Below, one piece after another: positions 13,486-26,046 of a stretch of DNA of 64,000 bases. The DNA lies in contig JBLDXI010000016.1 in assembly GCA_047495785.1 (NCBI GenBank), positions 434,001 through 498,000 of the forward strand, given 5' to 3'. Each line of letters begins with the position of its first letter. Position 1 is the first letter of the stretch. The notes beneath the pieces were generated by a model that worked only from the letters and a program-made list of their open reading frames with translations, was not told where the DNA came from and ran no database searches. This stretch comes from Lepidodermella squamata (Eukaryota; Animalia; Gastrotricha). A program made the position numbers and the translations under genes.

Positions 13486-13645
13486 ATCATTGAAGATTGG
13501 GGAGGGGCGAAAAACGTTCCCCTCCAAGATGGCTAGGAGGGGAATTTCAAGGGGTAGTGATTTGAACCGTATTAAACCTTTTTGCTCAGCGCAAAGCTGC
13601 CAAAATGAACCAAATTAACGTCCTAGCATGGTTTTTTACTGGATG
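13486..13645 (+). repeat. Dispersed ~160-bp repeat, also at 27185-27344
   Basis: GGGAGGGGCGAAAAAC...CCCCTCCAAGATGGCTAGGAGGGG...GCTCAGCGCAAAGCTGCCAAAATGAACCAAATTAACGTCCTAGCATGGTTTTTTACTGGATGG is present at both loci. Confidence 0.85.
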
Positions 13646-14111
13646 GTTGCGCACCAAAGGTCCCACAGGGACGGAGTCCCCAATACAAAATGCCGCATGG
13701 CGCTTTAGCTATCGCTGCCAAGCGTATGAGGTATATGGCGGTGCTACATTTTTCGCGTAGGGAAACGAATATTACAGCTAGAAAAATTCTAAAAATACTG
13801 AAAAATCGGCGAGGCTTTCAAGTGTCAGGTAAAAACTTTCCACCATAATCGCCTGAATGACTGATTTTAAAAAAATTAAAAACCAAAAACTCGCATCATT
13901 GATTACGCAATTGCGTAACTACCTTGACCTAACGGCGTGGGTTCATGCACACAAAAGCGCGAACTGTACGCTGCTGCCGGCGGTTACGAAAGTTACGACA
14001 TGTTAAAGCACAGGAAATATATGAAAATGCGGCATAATCAATTTGATTCCATTTTGCCTCCCTCCCCGGGGGGAGGGAGGCTTCAAGAATTTCACGTCTT
14101 GAATAATAAAC

Positions 14112-14836
14112 AATGGCTATAAATTCCGCATTTAACGGTGTAAAGCACGTCTGTGCGCTATTCGCGCATCACGGTCAAAATTCGAAAAAACCATTTGAAA
14201 AATGCAAATTACTCCAAAATGGTCGCTCGAGCGACCAATGGAAAAATCGACGCTCAAAAAACTCCCGCAACCTGTACATAGGCTTGGCCTATACCGTTAG
14301 AAATGGCGATTGCTTGCGCACATTCTAAAATTAACGCGGTGGCAATAGGACACAGTGGAGTGACGCGCGGCGCCAAAAATCGTTTTACACAGTACTAATC
14401 AGCAGCACAGTGTGCGCGCACACACCAAGTAAACTTTGTAATTACCAGTGTAACCAATTTCTATTTTTTAATCACTGTCAGCAGGTACCAGTTTGGATGT
14501 TATACATATTAAAACGAATGGCGATAAATTCCGCATTTAACGGTGTAAAGCACGTCTGTGCGCTATTCGCGCATCACGGTCAAAATTCGAAAAAACCATT
14601 TGAAAAATGCAAATTACTCCAAAATGGTCGCTCGAGCGACCAATGGAAAAATCGACGCTCACAAAACTCCCGCAACCTGTACATAGGCTTGGCCTATACC
14701 GTTAGAAATGGCGATTGCTTGCGCACATTCTAAAATTAACGCGGTGGCAATAGGACACAGTGGAGTGACGCGCGGCGCCAAAAATCGTTTTACACAGTAC
14801 TAATCAGCAGCACAGTGTGCGCGCACACACCAAGTA
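14112..14836 (+). repeat. Near-perfect ~320-bp direct duplication (period 405 bp)
   Basis: 14112-14431 and 14517-14836 differ at about 2 positions, giving the near-identical ORF translations at 14113 and 14518. Confidence 0.95.
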
Positions 14837-15053
14837 CATTTTTTATTGGAAACTATTCATATTCCAAATACTGTCGAGGGTGGGGCGAATAAATGGAACA
14901 ATTTATTTATAGCTTCACCAAAAATAATCCGATTTTGAAAATTTTTGCGGCAACCGGCAGCTGGTGCCCCGTTTTTCTAGATGGACAATTTGTACGATCT
15001 TCTGAAATTTCTTGGTTGCACTAAGAAAACTAACACATACCGATGCATCAACG

Positions 15054-18000
15054 CTGGATGATTGCGCGAACCAACCCGATAGGGTTCCCCTAGCGGCGGA
15101 GCCGCAGCCTGAACCGGAGGTCCAGCGCCTCTCTCTCAACTTCGCCGGTCGAGGCGACAATGGTAGAGGCGTTTTGCGCTGGACGAAAAACGAAGCTAGG
15201 GGAACGAATTTTCACGATAAAAATATGGAAAAATAAGTCGTAGATAGATCTTTTTTTAAACCTGTGTATAAAAACTTTCCAGCTGTTTTCATCGAGTGGC
15301 TGATTTTTGGCGATTTTTTATTCATAAAAAACTAACCAACTGCTCATTAATATTCATGAGCTGCTTACGCCGCCGTCTGGGTCACAGTTACCGGCACCCT
15401 CATGACCGAGGTTGATTGCGTCACACGCGAGAGCCGGGTCGTTGCGGTGCGTCTCTTCGAAATTTCAATTTAAAACCAGTTTGGCGGCCCTCCCCGGGGG
15501 GAGGGCTGCATCAGTGACATTCTACGAAAAATTCTGCATCGAACAGTCAAAATTTTATTTTGATACGACCAACGGTTGATTTTATATTGATTTTAGAAGT
15601 TGCGCGCACTTGAAAAAGTGGCCCTCACTGACGGTGTGTGCAATTTTCAAGGCGCGGGTGACACCCTTAAAGGTGCATAATTTGTCGTGACAAAGTCGGA
15701 TTTTTAGATACTAGAAAGGACTGCCGATTTTTTGGTACCAAAACCGCCGCAAGATTCGCAAGATATCCTTTGAATATACCGTTCGGCGCGCGATTGATTT
15801 TTAGTGAGATTAAAAATTTCAATTTTTTTGACTTTCGTCAATTATTTTGACCGTTTACCCTGATAGCGCTCATGTTTGAATGCACCTAGAATGTGGCAAA
15901 TTTTGCGCTGAATTTTTAGAGACCAAGCTTGTCATCCTAGCCCTCATGGTTGCGGAGTAATAATAGGCGCGGTAAATCACGTCTTCAGCCTATTTTTAGT
16001 GCGCGGCGGCGCTCACACACTCAATGACAGTCGGTTTCTGTCAAATTTTCGACAACTGTAGCAGTTTTGTGCGCACATAGACATTGCATAGGCCGACGTA
16101 GAATTTAAAGACGAATCGAACAAACCAAAGATCATCGTCGTAGCCATCATAGTCTTTTGTCTATAGGAGGCGCGGCCGATCCACCTTAAAATTTCTAAAT
16201 TTCGATGTTTTTGAGAATCATTTCACGACGATTAGGAATAGTCCCGGTTTAATGATATAACCACGTCAAGTACAGAATATGACGGGCTTTCGAGAGGTGA
16301 AAACCGCATGCCAACACCCATCACAGATTTTTGCCAATAGGCCACGCGGTATAATATGGGATAAAAAACAAAGCGAGTTAATTTTCAAATTTCGATTCTT
16401 TAATTCTGGGTGTAATTTAACTGCGACTTCAATTACAAATATTCATGAGAAATAGGTAACACAAGGCGCCCCTTCAACTGGTCCAAGCCCCACATTCACA
16501 GGACGCACCCATTTGACGCCACACCCTTTATCAAGTCAAATTTTCATAATTTTGTTGATCAACTTTGCATTCGCATTTTTTCATTCAGCGAATTTGCGCT
16601 GATATATTAATGATTTTAACGCGTGGAGCTTATTCAGCTAAGAATTTTGAGACCAAGCTGATCGTTGTGGCCGCCGTAGTTATGGTGTTTTTCGCTGCGC
16701 GGTAAAACTTGGTATGTCCATGTTTTTAGTGTGCGCACTCACGCAGTTAGGCTTTCTCACTTGCATTTTTGACTGGTATGCAATATTTGTGCGCAAGGTT
16801 AGTTGCAACCATCATGTGCAGAATAATGAGAGAAATCGAACGACACTAGGCCCATCGTCGTAGCCCTCATAGTTTTCTGCCTAGGAGGCGAGGTAGAATT
16901 TGTTTCGACCCACCTTAAAACTTGAAAATTTCGAAATTTCAATGTTTTTGTGAATTTTATCGCGACGGTGTAGAAGCGTCCCGGCGTAATATAATAGCCA
17001 TGTCTGCTACAACATTTTGCGGGCTATTTTATGGTGAAAACCGCTTGTCAATACCCCTCATGGTTTTTTGCCAATAAGGCACGCGGTATATTTTGAGATA
17101 AAAAACAGAAAACAGACCAAGTAAATTTTGAAATTTTGCTTTACCAATTCCGGGTCATTTTTATCTGGGATTGTATTGACAAATTTTGTTAACAAATAGG
17201 TAACTCGAGGCGGCCTATCGAATGGTTTATGCCCCATGTTCATAGGCCGCACCCTGTGGGCAGCACACCCTTTGCTAAGGTCAAAATTTGATCGGAGCCG
17301 CGCCGACATGCAAACAGGTTTCACATAGGTATGTATCGTATATCATTTGATAGCTTGAAATACTTTCTACACCTTGGAAGTGGTTATTTGTCATATTTAG
17401 ACAAATAAATGGACAAAAAATGATTTTTGTCTTGAAAATGACTTTTCATGTGACGACGTGAAATTTTGCTGGAAATTTGAAATTGGAAAACAATTTTTAT
17501 ATTTTTCGATCACGGTTCAAATCAACTCATAAGCCCAAGTTCGTTCCCTTGGTTTTAGCTTAATTCCAGGTAATAAAATGGAAGTCGTTAATTATGCAGA
17601 ATATAATTATATTGAAGGTAATTACGGTGTGCGCCGCCGCCGTTAACCGGCCCTTATAACCAGCAGTCCAGCAGTTTTGTGCGCACATACACATTACACA
17701 GGCCGACGTAGAATTTCAAGACGAACCGAACGAAACTAGGCCCATCGTCGTAGCCCTCATAGTTTTATGCCTATAAAAGGCGCGTGGAACTTAATTTGAT
17801 CCACCTTAAAACTTGAAATTTTGAGATCGCTATGTTTTCGTGAATGTTTTCGCGACGATACGGAAGCGACCGGGCGTAATTTAATAGCCATTTCTAGTAC
17901 ATCATTTCACGGGCTATCCATGGGTGAAAAACGCAAGTCGATATCAGCTGCCGTTTTTTGCCCGTAAGCCTCCCGGTAAAATATGAGATAAAAAGCAAAC

Positions 18001-18590
18001 CCAATAAATTTCGAATTATCGCTTCTACAGTTAAAATGCGAGTTCAGTGGCGAATTTTCATGAGAGATGTGTAATTGGAGGCGCTCTATCGAAAGGTAAA
18101 TACCCCGTTTTCACAAGGTGCACCCATTTGACAGCACACCCTTTGTTAAGGTCAAATTTTGAGCGAAGCCGCGCCTCCATGCATACAAGTTTCACATATG
18201 TATTGTACAGGGTGACTTTTTTATAGTGGAAATAATCTTTGTTAGCATTAATCGGGACTAGTACTGTCTAGTATTGCGAGTACTTGCACTGCACTAAAGT
18301 CGATTTCTCCAAACTCTTCAAACTCTATCTGATAATTATCGCGTAATACCAGGCCATTCATAAAATTTTATTGCTAGCACGAGTTCGTTAAGTTTGGAGA
18401 AATCGACATGCAAGTACTCGCCATACAAAGATGATTCAGTACTAGACGCAATTATTGCTAACATGGATTATTGCCACTATAAAAAAGTCACCCTGTATAT
18501 CATTCGATAGCTTGTGTTATTTACTGCAGCTTGATAGTGGATATTTGTCAAAGCAATTAAATTTTGACACCAAAATTGGGCCTAGCGTCA
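15054..18590 (+). mobile_element. Same satellite-bearing element, copy B (direct units only)
   Basis: Starts with the same sequence as copy A and has the same monomers (GACGAATCGAAC, GGGCTTTCGAG..GTGAAAACCGCATG). The end segment at about 17610-17650 matches 27050-27095. Interrupted by a MITE at 18208. Confidence 0.7.
18208..18495. mobile_element. Tc1/mariner-type MITE with ~115-bp imperfect TIRs
   Basis: CAGGGTGACTTTTTTATAGTGG...CCACTATAAAAAAGTCACCCTG flanked by TA. The homologous empty site is visible at 17330-17360 (TATGTATCGTATATCATTTGATAGC). Confidence 0.93.
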
Positions 18591-18889
18591 GTATCTTCCC
18601 GACGGTTGCCCGAAGTGGCTACTTTTGCGCATTCGACAGTTTCACGTTGAATATGATATTTTTTGAAAAACATTTGGACATCGACAATTGCCCTACGACT
18701 TTCGCACTACATATTAATAGTTAATAGCGACATTTGCGCAAGCGACAGTTTCACTTAATTCAATCATTTAATTAAAAAATCATTTTGCTTCCATTAAAAT
18801 AATTCAAAACAATTGCGCAACGACGCCCGGCAGACCGGTGAAATCAGTGTGATCGCATTGCCGCGCGGCTGCCCAGATAAAAGGGTGGC

Positions 18890-19070
18890 ACTTCGCCATT
18901 CTGCGAACTTTCAGAGTCCATCCAGTTTCTTCAGATTTCTGGAAAAGCTCAGACAAGAGCAGAGCTGGAACGAACAGCTTCTCCAACAACTAAGCGCGGG
19001 CATGCTCATCAAACGGGCCATGAACACCCTTTAGGAACAGCTGAATAGCCGATTGGAAGCCTTAGTTTAG
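18890..19070 (+). pseudogene. MULE-type transposase C-terminal fragment
   Basis: SPSSFFRFLEKLRQEQSWNEQLLQQLSAG...NTL*EQLNSRLEALV* resembles the HPxIWxFIxxLxxEQ...QLxAG...RL tail of metazoan MULE transposases and contains stops. Confidence 0.45.
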
Positions 19071-19113
19071 CCCGCAGGGAATCGAGAATCGGCTTCGAAT
19101 TCTTCTGAAAACC

Positions 19114-19268
19114 TGGTTAGATTTTCCAGCATCTTGGCATGTTATTCCTTGAAAAGTTTTAAAATCTCAGACAAAACGATGCTCGGCCACCGCGAATCGA
19201 ACCCGGGAAATTCAGGATTTCCTTTCTGTTCAAGAAATAACACTCTAAGATGCTGGAAAATCTAACCA
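19114..19268. mobile_element. 155-bp inverted-repeat element (MITE) enclosing a tRNA-like B-box fragment
   Basis: TGGTTAGATTTTCCAGCATCTT / AAGATGCTGGAAAATCTAACCA is a perfect 22-bp IR extending imperfectly to about 43 bp. The interior on the minus strand reads CCCGGGTTCGATTCGCGGTGG. Confidence 0.65.
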
Positions 19269-20544
19269 ATCGCGCCTTCAATAGATTTTAGTCCAGCCAA
19301 TAACGTGGACCACGATGCGGGCTACTTGGACCACTGAAAAGCTGATTCAATTTCAACTTTATTATCGGATATAATTACGGTTATTTGAGGAGTGATATCT
19401 TATTTCTTTGCCTCAACTCCTTTCTATGTCTCTGAAAATTTTGAAAAAATAACCAGCGTGTTACTTGTGATTTCCTATGTCTGAATCCATCAACGAAACC
19501 CGCGAAAAAATCGAAACCGCCTCGGAACCAGTAAAAAACCAATCGAATATTTTGTTTACTTTACCTCCAAGCGCTGATGAATCAGCTCACCATCTGGCGC
19601 CCATGGCGTAGCACCCTTTTTCTCGTGAGTAAGCAGTCTATCCTATTATGTCTACAACCGATCAAAACAACAACTACGGCTGCTTCTGTGAAACCGGACC
19701 GTACCCAACCTCACCCTCGAGTGATAGTGGCCAGGACAGCACAGCCAAATGGCGAACATCTGCTCGCTTTCTTCACAACGTTTCCGCGAAACCCATTGCC
19801 AGCACCGGATTCTAGCTCACGTAAAAACTTTCTTTGCTGATGCTTCTACTCCGAAGTGGAGACATAAACTTGAACCCCGGTCCTGAAAACAAACTGGTTC
19901 TATTTACGGAAATTACGAAATTAACTCGATCAAATGACTCATATTTTTCTATTCAATGCTTCAATCTGCGAGGACTACGTAGCAAAATATCTTACATGCT
20001 CTCATTTCTCTGTTATAAGACCCGACGTTCTGATGTTCTGTGAAGTGAATATGCCTTAGCGACGTAAGCAAAAATAGACCAAGTGCGATTGCTAGCGACA
20101 TTGAAGAAAATTTCCCATCTCACAAAGGCTACTGGAAACTCCGTCCGGCAACGGACAATGTGAATCAGAACGTGGGAGGTGGAGTTGGAATTCTAGTAAG
20201 CAAATCGTACCTTGTGTTAGATGATGCCTCTATTCCTTGTGCTTACATTGAAAATGTCACTGTTCTTGTAAAGGCTGATAAAGGATGAACCACCGCTATC
20301 ACCTGTGTCTACAGACCAAAATTCACTGAACCAACCGACGATGATTATTTTTTACTTCATGATCTCTTTGCGAAAGAGGCCCGTTTTCCGACTGCTCAAA
20401 ATTACGTTTTTGGGGGTGATTTTAACCTAAATCTCATGAATATTGACAAGGAACACGACTATTTCCATCCTATCACCACTACTCCGCACCTTCGAATGAT
20501 GTCTGTCAATTCAAATTAAGACGTATCTTCATAGGATCGAGTTT

Positions 20545-21216
20545 TTGTCGCAATCACAATTCGGGTTTAGAAAATTTCATTCCACTGATACCTGCTTAGC
20601 TAAAGTGACAACAGACTGGCGCAACGCCCTAGACAATGGACTTACTACAGCAGTAATTAGCATAGACATGAGCAAGGCTTTTGATACATTGAGTACTGTT
20701 GGGATCCTGGTAAGCGCAGGATTCGACGAATCAGCTATCGACCTCATAACTAGCTACCTCTCTGACCGCCAGCAAATAACCAAAATAAACAAGCAATACT
20801 CAGAAACTGCTACACTCAGACATGGCGTTCCCCAGGCCTCTGTGCTAGGGCCGCTACTGTTTATCATCTATATTAATGAACTCCCGAGTGCTTCCGAAAT
20901 ATCTTACGTGGTACAGTACGCAGACGACACAACAATATATTTTTCCGCAAAAAATGACTCCGAAGTCCAGGCCACACTGCAGAAGGACATAGACGAAGTT
21001 GTTAAATGGTTGGGCAGCAACTCACTGAAAGTAAACGGGAAAAAATCACAATTGATGATCATCTCTTACAGCTCATCAGAACCAAAAATTGAAATCAAAA
21101 TCGATCAGACAAACTCGATGACATTGTTGGGCGTCATTTTAGATAACAAACTAATTTTCAATGACCATGTCGAAAAGGCATACGTGCTAAGGCGAGAAAA
21201 GGACTTTTCGCACTGA
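20545..21216 (+). pseudogene. LINE reverse transcriptase (frameshifted ORF2 segment)
   Basis: RT motifs including YADD; frameshifts and stops on both sides. Confidence 0.92.
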
Positions 21217-21887
21217 AATTAGCAGCGCAAGATGGCTTAAACCGAAATTGTCTCAAAGCCATGGCCAATGGGCTCATCTTTTCGCATCTGCATTACTGCG
21301 ACACAGTTGTCGGCGAGGCATGTGATACGTCTCTGCAAAGAATGCAAAGCCTACAGGATAGGGCTGTCCGTATAATCATGAACGCCCCAGATCATGCCGA
21401 CATTAAGGCCTTAGGCGCGACGCCAATATATTTTGTGTGCCACTGTAGCACAGGTCCTCACGACGGTGACACAGCGTCGCTCTAAAGTGCACCCCGAGTA
21501 CTTAACCATATGAGCGATTATAGCCCTTCCATTTGCTCGATGAGATTTAGACGTTTTCGGACGGAGACTAACATTTGTGACCTCATATCAGTGACAGGCC
21601 GATTGCGCGCGCAGCGAATTTACATTGCCACGTCGCGCGCATTTATTACAGGTAATAAGCACGTCTGGGAAACAATTATTGTAATCATTGACTTGTCTTA
21701 GACTGTCTTGGACTATCACAGCAAAATTAACAAAATATCGTCCTATTCGTATCGCTGCTTCAGCGCACTCTTTATTATTTGACGGAAAATTGGAAATAAA
21801 GACATAAAAACGTAAATATTGAACCGCGTATTAAAATAGAGCTCAGGCCCTCTACCATCATGCGACGAAATTCAAAAAATTTAAAGC

Positions 21888-23865
21888 TCATTTCTTCGGC
21901 GCTATTTTGCGAGCCCTAGCTTTGGCTTTAGCGACAAATTTCGCTGTAATCGTTTTGCGCGGTTTCGCGAGGGTGGGATGGACAACGGCGTTGTGACGAT
22001 CCGCTTCGGCCTGCGATCGGAAGGACCAATTGCAGCCTTTTTGCATGCATCGCCGCACAATTTTCACAGGGTAGTGGTGATCAGGAGCCACTGGCTGTTC
22101 GATGACCTCTTCGAACGGCATAAAATGTCCAGGTCGCGTAAATGACGGTATAGGATCGGGAAGCCCATGTTCGTCAATAAAACTAAAGAAACGGCTTGTC
22201 GGTGCTGGCAAATTTCGGCAATGAAGGCAGCTGTTTTTGACAGCCCCGCCGCAGCGCTTGAAAATTAGGCACCCGATTCTTCGTTCCGTGTGACGGGTCA
22301 GCAGCTGCATCTCCGACTGGAGCTCGGCCATTTGGGGAGTAAATCGCCCCGATAACAAGGCCTTGCGCTCATCATCGGTCACAGGCCGGAAAATTGGGTC
22401 TCGCTTCTCCGTGATGCAGAGCATCGGGACATCGGCGTAACTCTGGTTGTTAACTGCTGCCAGAACGGTGTCCAACGCCGCATCCGCGCAGGCCTCGCTT
22501 TGACCTGGACCGGGAGGGAAATTAACGAGAGGCGCAGTGGAGCAGCCGACGCTCACGCCATTAACACGACTCCAAACTCGTTCAACCGGATTGAAGGCGC
22601 TAGCACCAGCCGCGTTTTGTGTGACGATAAGGCATTCTAATCCCAGCAAGCGAAAAAGCCGATAATAAGTTAGAACGTTAACAGCGCCATCAGCCGTGTA
22701 ATCCGTGCCGCCGTCAACCATTAAAATAAAATTTGCGAAACCAGGATGTTCAGGGACCACATGGCGGTAAATATCCGAGGCATGATCGAACACCGTGTTC
22801 TTCGAGCCGAAAATTGGACATCGATTGATGATTATCGCTTGTTGATGGCTTTTTCGCTTTTCGTTGACGAATTCCACATTTTTTAAACACAAATAACCGG
22901 CGGGAATGATGCGCAACAGCTTGTTAGGCTCCGGAAAATCATGGTCTTTAAAATTGGGAGCGCTACCGAGCAAGTGATAGAACCTGAAAAATAAGAGTAA
23001 TATATAAATCCGTTAATCTCGTCGGTGAAAAATATTTGCATGTGCGAGCGCGTCTTTATCAAATTATTCAAGCCAAATTATCACAATTTTCCACGGCTAT
23101 CAATTAATTCTTGTGGCTTCCTAACCTGATTAATTCGGTCTCATCCTCGCAGTACGAAGTGGGATTTAAAATTATTTCAGTATTTCTCGATCGATCACAA
23201 GCAGCGAACAGAGCGATAGCCAACAATTTTTGTCAATTTACAAAACTTCTTACCTATTGCGACATCTCCGGCTGACAATCGGTCCTCCGATGATGATTTT
23301 ATTCTTGGTGTCAGCAGAGCTCAGAGAGCACTGATATCCTTTCTAAAAAATAAAAGAAATGTTTTAGGTTTTGATCCATCCCAATTTTTCGATGTAAAAT
23401 TATTGAATTTCCAAATATTTTTTATCAACGATATTAACGATAAAAAATATAAAAATAATTTATAGTTTATAACTTGAAAATATGAATTTTGAAAATTAAA
23501 AATTTGATTGCCGAAGTCCTCATAAAAGAGGATGCAGATAATTTACTCACCTTTCTTAAAAATTCCACCATGTCTTTCGCGCGAATACCAACAGTGACAT
23601 CGGGGCCATGGCGTTTAGCCGCCGCTTGAATTCTGTTCTCGAGATAAATTTTCAACGCACTCAGCAAGCCAGTTTGCTCTTCAATCCGTTTCCTACCAGG
23701 CCTGCGTTTTATGGCCTCATACTGCTCGTAAACAACGCTGAGGGGCTTTTTCTTGCGCCGCCGCACAGGTACCGAATTCAAGTAATTAGTAATCGATGTA
23801 GCGCAGTTAAAGTTCAAAGTCAACGCGCCTGCTTTCATGACGCTTACTTCAAGGTGTTCAAACAA
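21888..23865 (-). CDS. Zator DDE transposase (3+ exons; apparently internally deleted and frameshifted) with C-terminal C2H2 finger
   Basis: Exon about 23865-23551 (PGRKRIEEQTGLL...), exon about 23343-23254 (GYQCSLSSADTKNKIIIG), exon 22983-21888 (DHDF, IIPAGY, VDGGTD, AGASAFNPVERVW; CMQKGC...HNAVVH). The segment normally found between GYxxS and SxDxK is missing, and the exon 1/2 junction is 1 nt out of frame. The true start is uncertain. Confidence 0.8.
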
Positions 23866-24289
23866 AATACTACGAGAAACAATTATACACTAGAATTTTA
23901 ATCAATATTAAATAAAAAATAATTAAAATTCAGCATTAAATAAAATTCATTAACAAATTTAAAAAATTCAGTTGCACTGGGATATTAGGAAAAAACTTGG
24001 GAAAAAATTTCATCGCGATCTCTAATAATTTGTCGGATAATTTTATGCGACCGCCGTAGCTACAAAGTTTGCAAGTTTTAGGAATTATTGTTGACCTTGC
24101 AGCAATATCGTAATCACGATAGTTACCGATGGTGATGCGGTAACTTTAATACGACTTCGCAGCAGCAGTAAACAGTAAACAGTAATATCGGCTTTAGTTC
24201 GCATTAAAGCTTTATATCCGCCGTCAAGCGACGTATGCAATAACTGCGCTGATTTACAGCCATTATTATCGCGAGCTTTCAATTAAATC

Positions 24290-24375
24290 AATGAGCCCTC
24301 CGGCGAAGCCGCTGATTGGCTTATTGCCCGCCTGTTTCTGTCCAATGAGAATCAAACGCTTAATATAAAGGACAG
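24290..24375 (+). promoter_or_regulatory. Candidate Pol II promoter inside the Zator, between its divergent genes
   Basis: CCAAT boxes in both orientations (GATTGG about 24314, CCAAT about 24342) and TATAAA at about 24366, about 180 bp upstream of ATG 24544. Confidence 0.45.
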
Positions 24376-24543
24376 GTGTAGTGTAAACGAGGCATGCGTA
24401 TTGTTTTTGACACTTTCAACTCCGAAATGCGGCACATGATTTCCAAATTTGCTAAAAGCGGTCAATAATCTTCGCCATTTTTTCCCATTTTTTCCTGTTT
24501 TTCAAATTGCTGATTTACCTCTTCCTATAATACTTTTAGAGTC

Positions 24544-26046
24544 ATGGCAAAACAGGTCATTCCTGATTATTCAAATTTCAAGCATTTTCAGCTCGGTAAT
24601 TGGTATGCCGAGGGAGACGAAACTACTATATTGTACTACGTCTGCGTTTACAAGACCGATAAAATCCCCATCAAATTTCGAACCGCAGCGAGAATTGCCA
24701 TGGTGGTCTACAACCCGACTACTAATACCACTTTTTGTTCGTCGCAACTATTTACTAGTGTACCTGAGGGCTATAGTATTTGCCCGGAGGAAAAATCCGG
24801 GCCTTCAGCAGTGTGGGCCGACTGGTCAGAAAGGAAGAAAAATGAGCGCAATAAATCAGCTCAGCATTCAAACTACAACGAAGGCAGCAATTCTAACCTC
24901 GGGGCAGCTAGCGCCTCAATCGATAACCAGTCGTCGGCCCTCAAACCAGCAGATAATGTAATCGAAAATTCGAACACCTTCGATAACTATGTGAGCAACT
25001 TTTATCCTTCATTAATTATTTTGCTCGAAATTGGCTCGTAAAAGATCGAAAATTTTACGCGATTTTGCACATAATGCATAATCCGCATTTTTTATTTTAC
25101 GCAAAAATATGGTTTATAGCTTGATTTTTTAATTCCGATGGCCGGTATTCGTTATGCTTTGATCATTCGTTATATTTTGATACTTCATCGCTGGCAATGG
25201 ATTTTGTGAATTATCCTTATTATTAATTAAATTTCCTAGCCATGGCTTCAGCAGGAAAATATTGCGCAACGCGGAAAAGATAGTGAATCAGTCGTTAATC
25301 ATCCCGGAAATTGCGGCAACTCTCAGTCCAGCGGTTTGGAATCGGCTCTCGCCGCTCTCAAATTGACGAACGCCGATCTAATTTCGGTTATCAACGGCCA
25401 ATCGGCTGAGCTTCAAAGGCTGACTACATCGTTTAACAACTTGCGACAAACTGTACGCGACCAGGAGATGCTGTACAGGCGCGAAATTGGCACCTTAATT
25501 AGTGAAAACGGCGAAAAAATTGCTGAGCTACATCATCAGCTGAACGTTAAGACCGATATCATCAAAAACCTCGCCGAATCGCTGCTGGCAGTCAAGAGCG
25601 CCGATGCCAACTGTGGCGTTAATTCAACTGCTCGCAGCAATGCAAATTCTACTAACTCGGATCCTATCTCCGGAGCCGACCCGAATATGCAAGGGGCCCT
25701 CTTTGTCGGCGGAAATTTGAACTATGTGCTGAGTAAGGCGACCTGGCACAATATCAAGCTGGAAAATTCAGACAAGCTTGACGTCCTCGAAAAACTATTG
25801 GAGCACTTTATTGCACCCGCCGATCGCGAAAGGGACGGAAAGCCGTCACTCACGCACAACGACGATTTGTTGTCCGCTTGCGCTGGTTTGATGGCTTCTG
25901 AATTACACGAGCACGTCGCCACCTCTTACCGCACCTTCCTAAAAACTGCTTTAGAAAAGCGCCTAGCTTCACGCCATGGGCGGTCGCTGAAAAAGAGCCG
26001 GGTTACTGCTCCAATCGGAAACGGTACCTCCAACTCCGCCTTATAA
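24544..26046 (+). CDS. Zator accessory protein, ~417 aa: unknown N-domain, coiled coil, BEN-like C-terminal helical domain
   Basis: Exons 24544-24990 (donor GTGAGC) and 25240-26046 (acceptor TTTCCTAG) join in phase 0 without stops. Heptad region LTNADL...LAESLL; C-terminus WHNIKL...LEKLLEHFI...GKPSL...LLSAC...LKTALEKRL; AATAAA at about 26125. The BEN call is by eye only. Confidence 0.7.

Noticed and set aside
13903-13918. Perfect 16-bp palindrome TTACGCAATTGCGTAA
   Set aside because: Single occurrence inside a TE nest with no linked gene; no function can be supported.
9513-17324. Short ORFs repeated in the satellite element and the 405-bp duplication (9513, 15012, 14113, 14410 and others)
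   Set aside because: Their identity reflects DNA duplication; there are no domain motifs, splice signals or codon-level conservation.
19178-19210. tRNA gene suggested by GGTTCGATTC on the minus strand
   Set aside because: Only a T-arm/B-box fragment; no A-box or cloverleaf, and it lies inside a small inverted-repeat element.
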